Shown piece by piece: positions 6,648-14,818 of a stretch of DNA of 27,864 bases. A model generated the notes under the pieces. It was not told where the DNA came from. It ran no database searches and was given only the letters and a program-made list of their open reading frames with translations. How positions within the stretch are numbered: the first letter of the stretch is position 1; each line of letters opens with the position of its first letter. Source of the stretch: a virus (lineage: Duplodnaviria > Caudoviricetes); the IMG/VR virus record IMGVR_UViG_3300011412_000019, positions 1 to 27,864 of that record. One strand, 5' to 3'. Position numbers and translations under genes: made by a program.

Positions 6648-6741
6648 AAAAAAAGAATACATTCCTCTGAAATCAAGTTTCTCTTCCCTACTGTGATCGG
6701 CAGCGGGCTATCGAGTGTCAGGCTTCATTGGTTATGTATTC
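6648..6741 (-). ncRNA. Putative 94-nt small RNA D
   Basis: Begins right after the TATAAT of copy D: GAAUACAU/AUGUAUUC closing stem, inner CCCGCUG/CAGUAGGG hairpin, U7; no RBS. Confidence 0.6.
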
Positions 6742-6766
6742 ATTATACAACATGTTATTTCTGCGA
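6740..6766 (-). promoter_or_regulatory. Repeated promoter motif, copy D (TCGCAGAAATAACATGTTGTATAATGA)
   Basis: Matches the 7-copy consensus. Confidence 0.8.
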
Positions 6767-6769
6767 GAC

Positions 6770-6804
6770 AAAAAGCTAAAGACCGGTTAGGGTCTCTAGC
6801 TCTT
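6770..6804 (-). terminator. Intrinsic terminator after ORF 6809-6955
   Basis: AGAGCUAGAGACC-loop-GGUCUUUAGCUUUUU. Confidence 0.7.
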
Positions 6805-6808
6805 AAAA

Positions 6809-6955
6809 CTACTTGGTGGCGGCAGCAACGGTCTTTCGGTTGCGGAAGACGTTCAGGACGATGGTGGTCGCGCGGGTCATAATGCGGTCAACGATGACAG
6901 CAAGGAACCACGCGAACATCAGGGTCAGAATGCCTTTCAAAACCTGGTTGAACAT
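6809..6955 (-). CDS. Small membrane protein, 48 aa (MFNQVLKGILTLMFAWFLAVIVDRIM...)
   Basis: AAGGAGG RBS before ATG 6955 (the track start at 6994 lies inside the promoter); one TM helix. Confidence 0.8.
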   Translation of the reverse strand: MFNQVLKGILTLMFAWFLAVIVDRIMTRATTIVLNVFRNRKTVAAATK

Positions 6956-6980
6956 TGAGTTCCTCCTTATAGTTAAGGGT

Positions 6981-7007
6981 TCATTATATGCCATGTTTTT
7001 TCTGCGA
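6981..7007 (-). promoter_or_regulatory. Repeated promoter motif, copy E (TCGCAGAAAAAACATGGCATATAATGA)
   Basis: Matches the consensus; followed by RBS, ORF and terminator. Confidence 0.85.
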
Positions 7008-7040
7008 AAAAGAGAAAGACCATGTTTAGATCTCTCTCTT
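7007..7040 (-). terminator. Intrinsic terminator after ORF 7046-7138
   Basis: AAGAGAGAGAUC-loop-GGUCUUUCUCUUUUU, abutting the next promoter. Confidence 0.7.
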
Positions 7041-7045
7041 GTGAA

Positions 7046-7138
7046 CTACTTTACGGTGAGTTCCTTGTAGCAGGTGTAGACGAATGTCTGGATGTACGTT
7101 GTGCTGTAAATCCAAGCATAGTGCAACGGCCTGATCAT
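7046..7138 (-). CDS. Microprotein, 30 aa (MIRPLHYAWIYSTTYIQTFVYTCYKELTVK)
   Basis: Hand translation; AAGGAG RBS; bracketed by promoter F and a terminator. Confidence 0.7.
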   Translation of the reverse strand: MIRPLHYAWIYSTTYIQTFVYTCYKELTVK

Positions 7139-7159
7139 GAAAATCTCCTTAATAGGGGT

Positions 7160-7186
7160 TCATTATATACCGTGTTTTTCCTGCGA
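7160..7186 (-). promoter_or_regulatory. Repeated promoter motif, copy F (TCGCAGGAAAAACACGGTATATAATGA)
   Basis: Matches the consensus. Confidence 0.85.
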
Positions 7187-7215
7187 GGGTAAGGCTAATA
7201 TCTAATCCTTTTTCA

Positions 7216-7232
7216 AAAATATCCCCCCGGGG
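7216..7232. repeat. 17-bp repeat AAAATATCCCCCCGGGG, copy 1
   Basis: Identical to 27837-27853; both copies are intergenic. Confidence 0.8.
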
Positions 7233-7247
7233 AATTTTTAGTTTGAC

Positions 7248-7287
7248 AAAAAAATATGAAGAGCCGCTTTTGCGGCCCCTCATATCT
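7248..7287 (-). terminator. Strong intrinsic terminator
   Basis: AUAUGAGGGGCCGC-AAAA-GCGGCUCUUCAUAU followed by a U-tract. Confidence 0.85.
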
Positions 7288-7309
7288 TTGAATCTTCTTT
7301 GGGCTTCGG

Positions 7310-7588
7310 TTACTTGGGCTTGAGCAGTAAGCTCATCGCTCTCGACGTGACAACATTCACGCTTTCATGCTTGATAACCATGAAGATCCCGAGAAGGTTT
7401 CCTCCTACCACTGCTATGGTGTCTTTGCTTATTGCTGAAGATCGTTGTTCTTTCTTCAGCTTTGTAAGCTCAGTCGCCATTTTCAGTGCAGTCAGATACT
7501 GCTCGGAACCAATCGTATGGTTACTCAAGTCATGAATCGCTCTGTTAATCTGTCGATCGAGATCACTCTCTACTCTCCTAGAAAACAT
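7310..7588 (-). CDS. Small membrane-associated hypothetical protein (92 aa)
   Basis: AAGGAG RBS after promoter G; motif S.DT...V.GNL.GI..VI.HE...V.TS.A. Confidence 0.85.
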   Translation of the reverse strand: MFSRRVESDLDRQINRAIHDLSNHTIGSEQYLTALKMATELTKLKKEQRSSAISKDTIAVVGGNLLGIFMVIKHESVNVVTSRAMSLLLKPK

Positions 7589-7611
7589 CGCAGCTCCTTA
7601 AATAGATTCTT

Positions 7612-7638
7612 TCATTATATGCAATGTTTTAGCTGCGA
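7612..7638 (-). promoter_or_regulatory. Repeated promoter motif, copy G (TCGCAGCTAAAACATTGCATATAATGA)
   Basis: Matches the consensus; overlaps the stop of ORF 7629-7859. Confidence 0.8.
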
Positions 7639-7859
7639 TCGTCGTTTTCTTCGGAAGTTACAACCTTAAATAACACTTCATCTTTAAACACAATATCTTC
7701 AGGATCTTCATCGAGTTCAAGAGAAAATAGTGTCTTATCTGGATTTACAATTACTCGGATAACTCCACTAAAATACTTACGTCGCCCTAACCACCTTTGA
7801 ATGATGAACCCTGCAAATAACCCTACATAAAAGGCGATTGCTAAATATACCCAGATCAT
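7629..7859 (-). CDS. Small N-terminally anchored membrane protein (76 aa)
   Basis: ATGA coupling to the upstream tail gene; N-terminal TM helix. Confidence 0.85.
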   Translation of the reverse strand: MIWVYLAIAFYVGLFAGFIIQRWLGRRKYFSGVIRVIVNPDKTLFSLELDEDPEDIVFKDEVLFKVVTSEENDDRS

Positions 7860-9028
7860 GAATCCACAGTTTCCTCATCGTCGATGTTTTGTACAGTAGG
7901 ATATGCTCTTTCGCCTGAATCATCTTGTGCACGAATGTGTTCAATAACTCGACAGACTGAAACTACTTGACTATTCCCTTGTACTTCAATGAGATCCCCA
8001 AGATTGTAATCAGCACCGTACTTAAACTGACTTGTAGAAACGATTTCGCCGTCAACCGCTTGGATATGAGGACTTTCCTTCAATCGGTCAAGAGCTCGAG
8101 CTTTTAGAAGTGTCCTTACCTCAGCCTGAGTTAGAGTATCGTCGACATCGGTATCCAAGTCTTCGGCAAATATCATTTCGGCGCGTAGATCAAATCCGGT
8201 GTATTCTTCGCCAGCCAGACGGCTTACCCCAGGAGTTGTTTGAAGCGTCTTTGGAATCAGTCCTGGAGCAAAAGCCCATACAGCCGTTTTTAGAGCAGTA
8301 ATGGAATCAAGCTCTTTAATATCGATCAATGAATCCATTAGAGGAGAAAAGCGTACCGGTGGGAGAGCCGTTTGAGCGGTTGTACGATCAAGACCTTTGT
8401 AACTGCGGAAACCGAGAAAAAAGATTTGCTCACCCTCTGAGCTCCCATGACCTTCTATTTCTCCTGATAGAATAATTTGCATTCCAAGCCTGTGAGTAAT
8501 CGCAATTTTTCGTAAGGCGTCATAGACGGGTCCGTACGGAACAGCAATAACAATATTACTGCCTGATTTGTCGTAATCAAAAAGACCTAGTCTAGGAATT
8601 GCAAGCTGTTGTGGGTTGGTGATTCCGGTGTTGATTGTTCCATTCAAAAATGGACTATTTTCAGTACACATCTTTTCGACAATATTCCAGAGCACGTGTC
8701 CGGGTTTCAAACCAGATATGCGCCAATGTCTAGCATCGTGTTTGGAGGACGCCCTAACAAATCTGTTATTCAGCCAGGATAGAACGGATATTCCTAAACA
8801 CTTCAATTTACCGTCCTCAATACCCTTAGTCTCGATAATCATTAGTTCATCCGATTGATCGATACTAAGAAATATTCCATTAGGCAATTTTTGCATCATA
8901 TCTAAAGTGGCAGGAACAACTAATTCAACGGCACTATCACCATAATATCGTTCGGTCCAAATACAGGAATGGAAGCTATCAATAATATCTAATTTCTTAA
9001 AATCTCGGTCCCTAGTGTATACTTCCAT
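7856..9028 (-). CDS. Minor tail protein, ReqiPepy6 Gp37-like (390 aa)
   Basis: Lies after Dit; motifs S.IWTERY, F.YG.DY.LGDLI.V and V.E.IR..D..G...YPT. Confidence 0.85.
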   Translation of the reverse strand: MEVYTRDRDFKKLDIIDSFHSCIWTERYYGDSAVELVVPATLDMMQKLPNGIFLSIDQSDELMIIETKGIEDGKLKCLGISVLSWLNNRFVRASSKHDARHWRISGLKPGHVLWNIVEKMCTENSPFLNGTINTGITNPQQLAIPRLGLFDYDKSGSNIVIAVPYGPVYDALRKIAITHRLGMQIILSGEIEGHGSSEGEQIFFLGFRSYKGLDRTTAQTALPPVRFSPLMDSLIDIKELDSITALKTAVWAFAPGLIPKTLQTTPGVSRLAGEEYTGFDLRAEMIFAEDLDTDVDDTLTQAEVRTLLKARALDRLKESPHIQAVDGEIVSTSQFKYGADYNLGDLIEVQGNSQVVSVCRVIEHIRAQDDSGERAYPTVQNIDDEETVDS

Positions 9029-9876
9029 TAAAGACCTCCAAACCTCTCATAATACTTGAGAGTGAAATCTTGTACACCCGCATCTGTGATGACATGAAAA
9101 TGATTCTCGCCTGGTTGAAGTGTCGGCCAAGCTGAACCTTGCTGAATATGAACGTGATCTAGGAGATTAATGATGTGTCCAGTGCTTAGATCGACATTCT
9201 GAACGAATTTGTTCATGGGAATGGAACTCATCTGAAAATATTTCATGGAATCTACGGAAGCTTCAGTCATGAAATGCGTAATGGCGGGATCTCCAATTTG
9301 AATAGCAATAGATTCAGGCTCAGTGCCCGAAACATACGCTACATCAAGCAAAATTCCCGCGGGGACATTTCCATCATATTGAATCGTTTCAAAGTCGCCC
9401 ATTTCATGAATTGTTTGACCAGTAATAATTTCTGGTTCAACCGCAGTGAAATGAGGATCTGGACAGAGAATAGAAACAAGCAATTCCGGATCTTTACTGA
9501 ATTGATTGACTGAGACATCTTCTACGTAACCTTCGATTTGTACCTCCGGCATATCATCACTAGAAAAACGCAAACGAGTTAAACTCTTTGGAGTGAAATA
9601 TGCATAGAGAAGTTTACGTAAAGACTCAAACGTCCATTCTATCCAATTTGGATTTAATCCAAGCGTCAGAACAATGTTTCGGCTCAGTACATTAGCCCCA
9701 GTAAACGACGTTCCGTCCACAACAGCCATTGGTGAACCACTAATAGAAGCTTTAACTGGATTTAATCCTTCAATATTCCGGACTTGAATCAAGTCTGTCT
9801 CAGCTTGCCCCATTTCATCTAAAAGTAGCGCCGGAGCTGACTGCCACGAACTATACGCTTTAACTTCTGTGAGCAC
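9028..9876 (-). CDS. Distal tail protein (Dit-like, 282 aa)
   Basis: Directly after the tape measure gene; RNIVL, GYVE, CPDP.F, L.PGEN and terminal Y.E.F.GL motifs; AAGGAGG RBS. Confidence 0.85.
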   Translation of the reverse strand: MLTEVKAYSSWQSAPALLLDEMGQAETDLIQVRNIEGLNPVKASISGSPMAVVDGTSFTGANVLSRNIVLTLGLNPNWIEWTFESLRKLLYAYFTPKSLTRLRFSSDDMPEVQIEGYVEDVSVNQFSKDPELLVSILCPDPHFTAVEPEIITGQTIHEMGDFETIQYDGNVPAGILLDVAYVSGTEPESIAIQIGDPAITHFMTEASVDSMKYFQMSSIPMNKFVQNVDLSTGHIINLLDHVHIQQGSAWPTLQPGENHFHVITDAGVQDFTLKYYERFGGL

Positions 9877-9891
9877 AGCTCAGACCTCCTT

Positions 9892-9911
9892 AGGCCCCCC
9901 GAAGGGGGCCC
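9892..9911 (-). promoter_or_regulatory. Stable C(UUCG)G hairpin directly 5' of the Dit RBS
   Basis: GGGCCCCC-UUCG-GGGGGCCU followed immediately by AAGGAGG; no U-tract. Confidence 0.5.
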
Positions 9912-9919
9912 ATAGAATG

Positions 9920-12900
9920 TTAAGTAACAGCTAGTGCAGACTTGATTTGTGACAGTTGGTTCTTTGTTTGTCTGTAAATCTCAACTTCACTCAGTGACTC
10001 TGGTGAATAATTATTCTGTTCGAAACTAAAGGAGGATCCACCCGCAGCCACCGCGGTTTGTTCGTCAGGTTGCATGGGCGATATACTTGAAGCTGCTTGA
10101 AGAGATACAGCAGCCTTTATTGGAGTAACGTTCGTCAGTGCTGCCAACTTTTGCGCTTGAGTCTGAACTTGTGTCAAATCTAGGACTGGAGTAATTGTTG
10201 GATTCATATCAATTTCATCAGCCATAAGATTAGACATCATGGTCATTACACTCTTATTCATATCGTCAACAGCTCTGGTAACTTGTGGAGATGTATCCTG
10301 TATTCCTTGTATAAGTCCTTGAATAAAGTTTTCACCCATTTCTCGCGTAACCTTAGACGGTGAGAACAGCTTCCAAGGTTTCTTAAGTTTATCTAAGGCA
10401 TTAGCTGCAATTTCTTCTATATAATTATACAAATCTCCAGCTTTGTTTCTAAGTCCTTGAATAACGCCTTCAATAATTGAAATTCCAATATCTATTGCTG
10501 CTTCGGTAATCTGAGGCGTATACTTATCGATTGCCTTTTCCAAGCCGTTCAAGAACTGAAGGATAACTCGGCCAGCAGCATTAGCAAGTCTGATAGCGTT
10601 CTTACCCAATCCTTCAACGAACTTGATTACCGCACTTACACCGGCAGTAACTACTTTTCCTACATTGTTAGCTATACCCGTAATGAAATTAGCTATAGCA
10701 GTTGCACCGGCTGAGATTATCCTACCATAGCTATTACTGACACCTCTAATCAAACTAACAATAATATTGGCACCAGCCGCAACAATCTTACTAATGTTAC
10801 TAGCTATTCCTCGAAGGAAACTTAGTAGAAGATTCAGGCCAGCTGCTGTAATTCTTCCAATATTTGCAGCTAGGGCATTCAAGAAATTAACTACAACATC
10901 TATTGCTACGGTAGCCATTTCACCGATATTATTTCTAATACCCTGAAGAAGGGCTAGAATCATATCGAGACCGGCTTGGATCATCTGGTCTTGATTCTCA
11001 GTGAGAAACTGAATTAGACCCTGTACGATAACGCCAAATGCTTCGATAAGCTTTGGAGTAGATTTGATAATGGCGTCCAGAAGCGCATCAAGGATCTTGA
11101 TGAAAGCATCTATAAACTCGGGGGCAACATCAGCAATTCCTTGTACAATCTCCAACAACCCGAGAATAAGAAGTTTCGCATTCTCAATAACTCCTCGCGC
11201 AAACTCTTGCATTGCTTTGAGCAATACCCCAACACCAGTTGGGAGCGCTACAATAAGAGCGCTAAGACCTGCCGAGATTAACCCAATTCCAACTCCAGCC
11301 AAAGCAAGACCGCCACCGATCAACAGCATTGCAGCGCCAAGTCCTAACAGAGGTAGGATGGCTGGTGCAATTAGAGCTCCGGCGATACCGATAACGGCAA
11401 ACGCTCCGGCTAGAGCGATCAAGCCTGTGAGGATCTGTTGCCATGACATGTTTCCTAATTGTTCAAGCGCACCAGCGAGGACTTTTATGCCTACTGCTGC
11501 AATTCCCAGAGCAATAGCCCCAGAGATAGTTCCAGCCATGAAATATAGAGCTGTACCCAAGATAATCAAAGCTGCGGCAAGAGCGCCTAAACCTTGAGCT
11601 AGTACACTAATTGGCATACTGCCCATGCTTTGAATAACGTCAGAAACTTTCCCTAGTGCTATAGCAACAAGGATAAGTCCGGCACCTACAAGAAGTAGAT
11701 TTCCAGGCATAAGGCGCATAGCACCAGCAATAACAACCAGAGCTCCACCGATCCCAAGCATGCCTTTGCCCATAGTCGCAAAGTCCATACCTCCAAATTC
11801 AAGAACAGAGTCGGCCAATAGGCCGAGAGCAAAGGCTATAGCAACTAGGCCAGCACCTGTAAGAAACATGTTAGGGGGCATCAACAATGTGGCGACAACC
11901 AGGATACCCAGGCCAATCGCTACACCAAGAAGACCCTTAGCCATCTCGCCCCAGCTCATGTCAGCGAATTGCTTAACAGCCTGAGATAAGATAAGCAAAC
12001 CAGTAGCGATAGCTGTAATACCAATACCAGCTCGGATCATTCCTCCCGAACTTGCTGATAGCGGAATAACAGCTATAGCAATAATACCCAAGAGAACTCC
12101 AACACCAACGAGACCCTTGAGTAGTTCTTCCCAACTGAGCATACTGAGGACAACTACAGAAGCAGTAAGAAGAAGGATAGCTCCAGCGAGCAAGATCAAA
12201 GAAGCAGCAACGAATGGAATCTTGAGGAACCCACCCGTCTTGGTAATAAGGGTGAGAATAGCCATGGCACCAAGAAGCTGGCCAAACGCAACAGTCATTG
12301 CTGCTAGAGAAGACTTAAGTCTCTCTGGATCAACAAAGGAAAGCGCGACGACCGATGCGGCCAGAAGTGCAATAGCAATGGCAATTTTCCTCAGAGTATC
12401 TGCTTGGATATTCTGCTGCATAGCCACCATTGAACCACGGAGAGCGTCAAACGCACCACTAATATTTCTAATAATTCCTCCGCCGAAGCCCGCCAGTTGA
12501 TTCGCAAACGTACCTTTGCCAAGAAACTTCTTGAAGACCAAGAATATCCCCGCAACTAGGCCCGTCCGAACAACGGCAAGAATAGCCTCGAAGTTCATGT
12601 TAGAAAATGCTTCAGCCAAAGCTGGACCAAATTCTCCCGCTACAGTAACGAGTGAATCCAGGATTACTTTAAAGATTTTGTCTGTATCAGCAAATCCATC
12701 GAGGAAGTCACTAAAGGCGTCTCCAACATTCTGTAGAACTCCTGCAATACCTCCCATTTCACCGGAAAATCCCCCGGAGGAAAATCCAGTAAATAGATTA
12801 GCTAAAGCTCCTCTCAATTCACCCAACATCTTTAAAGGTGCTTCGAGAATATCACCAAGACCATTGAAGAAGTTCTCGAGACCGTCACCCTTCTTCAGGG

Positions 12901-14431
12901 TTTCTTCTACCTTGACTAAGAAGTCGCCGATACTAGCGGTAATCTCAAGGAAACTACCAGTGCCATCGAAGAGCACATCGAATAGTCGACCAAAGACGCC
13001 GAAGATTCCGCCCAGAATTGACTTACCGATGCTAAGAACGGCAAAGAATCCCTTGAATGTTCTCTTCAAAAGATCGACAGTTTCCGGACTTGGTTTAAGA
13101 GCTTCAGTAAATCTCAGGAATCGTGAAGTTATGTTAAAGAGATCTTGACCTGTTTTTGCAGGGAAAAACTCTCGGAAAGCTTCTTTGATAGGAGCAATAA
13201 CATCGCCCAGGGCTTCAAATACATTCCCTATTGCGGCGATCAATTGCGTTCGACCACCGAGTTGCTTCCAGTCTCCCAGAACACTATTTCTGGCTTCAGA
13301 TGATTTAGAGATAAAGCCACCGATAGCTCCACTGATTCCAGTGAATAGTTCTTTGGCTTCCTCGAAATCACCAAATACCAGCTGCCAGGTCTCAGCCCAA
13401 CCGGAAACAATGCTTTCTTTCGTAGTATCGAGAAGGCCCCCAAGCGTCTTAACCTCGGTTGCCGCTTTCATAGCAACTTCAGCGGTCGCCTGAATTGCCT
13501 TGATCTGGGCTTCGTTGAATCCCTGAGCCTTGAGCTCGGCGTCTGTCAAATCGCCCGTAAACTGTGCGAGCGTTGCAGTAAGAACCTTAGAATTAAGCCA
13601 CGATTCTCCGTCCTTACCTACAGCGGAGAGTGAATTACGGAAGCTCTCTCCCGCAATCGTGACGTTCTTCATCGGACCAGTAAGCTTAACGGCCTTATCA
13701 CTCAACGTGCCCATCTGTACTGCTGTATTTGCCAGAGCTCGCTGAAAGACCGTACCACCCATACCAGCATTGACGACTGAGTTCCAGTCCATCAGGGTAA
13801 CTTTGCCTGCAGCAAGAGCCTGCGACAACTGATACATCGCTGTCGAGGCCTGGTCGGCATTTGAGCCGGAAAGTGCTGCTAGGTTAGCGATACCCTTAAT
13901 TGCATCAGTTGCGACGTCAAGCTCAACACCAGCAGCCGTGAAGGTACCGATGTTCTTAGCCATCTGGCTGAAGTTATAGATGGTCTTATCCGAATATAGG
14001 TTCAGCGTATTAAGAGCATCATTAACGTCTTCGAGACCGATACCAGCGGCCTGCGTATTGGCCAGAATCGTCTGAACAGCGTTCAGGTTGGTCGTATACT
14101 CACGAAAACCCTCAATAATCGGGCCCAGAGTAAGTGATTTGGTAAACGCAAAGCCCGATCGAACAGCTGCTGTTGCCAACTGTGATAGAACACCAATTCC
14201 TACCAGTCTTAACGTTTCAAGCTTTGGGAGAATAGCATCGATAGATCTACCGATGAGACCAAGTTGATTATTTTGCGCAGCTTTGTTAATATCATTGAAA
14301 CCTTTACCTGCGCCACCGAATGAAAGCGCTGCTTTGAGTCTATCGAGGGCAGTAATACTTCTACTAACTCCCTGTTCAAATTTTGATGATTCGAAACTCA
14401 TCGCAACGACTTTGTCATCAATAGTCGGCAT
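9920..14431 (-). CDS. Tape measure protein (1503 aa from ATG 14431)
   Basis: Longest ORF; N-terminal tape-measure domain (LN.YSDKTIYNF..M, DWNSVVNAGMGG), hydrophobic repeat core, SPSKV motif; GGAGGTG RBS and TAATG coupling. Confidence 0.95.
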   Translation of the reverse strand: MPTIDDKVVAMSFESSKFEQGVSRSITALDRLKAALSFGGAGKGFNDINKAAQNNQLGLIGRSIDAILPKLETLRLVGIGVLSQLATAAVRSGFAFTKSLTLGPIIEGFREYTTNLNAVQTILANTQAAGIGLEDVNDALNTLNLYSDKTIYNFSQMAKNIGTFTAAGVELDVATDAIKGIANLAALSGSNADQASTAMYQLSQALAAGKVTLMDWNSVVNAGMGGTVFQRALANTAVQMGTLSDKAVKLTGPMKNVTIAGESFRNSLSAVGKDGESWLNSKVLTATLAQFTGDLTDAELKAQGFNEAQIKAIQATAEVAMKAATEVKTLGGLLDTTKESIVSGWAETWQLVFGDFEEAKELFTGISGAIGGFISKSSEARNSVLGDWKQLGGRTQLIAAIGNVFEALGDVIAPIKEAFREFFPAKTGQDLFNITSRFLRFTEALKPSPETVDLLKRTFKGFFAVLSIGKSILGGIFGVFGRLFDVLFDGTGSFLEITASIGDFLVKVEETLKKGDGLENFFNGLGDILEAPLKMLGELRGALANLFTGFSSGGFSGEMGGIAGVLQNVGDAFSDFLDGFADTDKIFKVILDSLVTVAGEFGPALAEAFSNMNFEAILAVVRTGLVAGIFLVFKKFLGKGTFANQLAGFGGGIIRNISGAFDALRGSMVAMQQNIQADTLRKIAIAIALLAASVVALSFVDPERLKSSLAAMTVAFGQLLGAMAILTLITKTGGFLKIPFVAASLILLAGAILLLTASVVVLSMLSWEELLKGLVGVGVLLGIIAIAVIPLSASSGGMIRAGIGITAIATGLLILSQAVKQFADMSWGEMAKGLLGVAIGLGILVVATLLMPPNMFLTGAGLVAIAFALGLLADSVLEFGGMDFATMGKGMLGIGGALVVIAGAMRLMPGNLLLVGAGLILVAIALGKVSDVIQSMGSMPISVLAQGLGALAAALIILGTALYFMAGTISGAIALGIAAVGIKVLAGALEQLGNMSWQQILTGLIALAGAFAVIGIAGALIAPAILPLLGLGAAMLLIGGGLALAGVGIGLISAGLSALIVALPTGVGVLLKAMQEFARGVIENAKLLILGLLEIVQGIADVAPEFIDAFIKILDALLDAIIKSTPKLIEAFGVIVQGLIQFLTENQDQMIQAGLDMILALLQGIRNNIGEMATVAIDVVVNFLNALAANIGRITAAGLNLLLSFLRGIASNISKIVAAGANIIVSLIRGVSNSYGRIISAGATAIANFITGIANNVGKVVTAGVSAVIKFVEGLGKNAIRLANAAGRVILQFLNGLEKAIDKYTPQITEAAIDIGISIIEGVIQGLRNKAGDLYNYIEEIAANALDKLKKPWKLFSPSKVTREMGENFIQGLIQGIQDTSPQVTRAVDDMNKSVMTMMSNLMADEIDMNPTITPVLDLTQVQTQAQKLAALTNVTPIKAAVSLQAASSISPMQPDEQTAVAAGGSSFSFEQNNYSPESLSEVEIYRQTKNQLSQIKSALAVT

Positions 14432-14817
14432 TAAATCCTGGTCACCTCCCTCCATGCTTCGGTAACTATCTGATCAAATATAGGGCGAATTGCAGGGTTT
14501 ATGTAGTCTCGACCTTGTACATATCCGCCCGTACCCGTACCATGACCGTACTGAAGAATGACAGCGATCGGTACTCCATCTTCAACGTGATGGTTATGCC
14601 AACGAATAGAGTAATATCCCGCTTTAGATTCGATCGTAAAATACCAAGATGCTGAAGTTAAACCACTATCCACTGGCGTAGCGTTAGATAGAGCGTTTAC
14701 ACCTAACGTTCCGTATTTATTTAGAATTCGAGATAGCTCGGCCTTTGATAACCGACTCAAATATCTTTCTGTATTCTTGAATGATCCTTTCTCAGTAAAA
14801 GTGATCATGTCAGGCAT
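14431..14817 (-). CDS. Tail completion/neck protein (HK97 gp10-like, 128 aa)
   Basis: TPVDSG.T..SW, QYGHGT and YI.PA motifs. Confidence 0.75.
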   Translation of the reverse strand: MPDMITFTEKGSFKNTERYLSRLSKAELSRILNKYGTLGVNALSNATPVDSGLTSASWYFTIESKAGYYSIRWHNHHVEDGVPIAVILQYGHGTGTGGYVQGRDYINPAIRPIFDQIVTEAWREVTRI

Positions 14818-14818
14818 G

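Noticed and set aside
6617-7638. Promoter repeats as a CRISPR array
   Set aside because: The repeats are degenerate, irregularly spaced (about 120-450 bp) and separated by genes and terminators; no cas genes are present.
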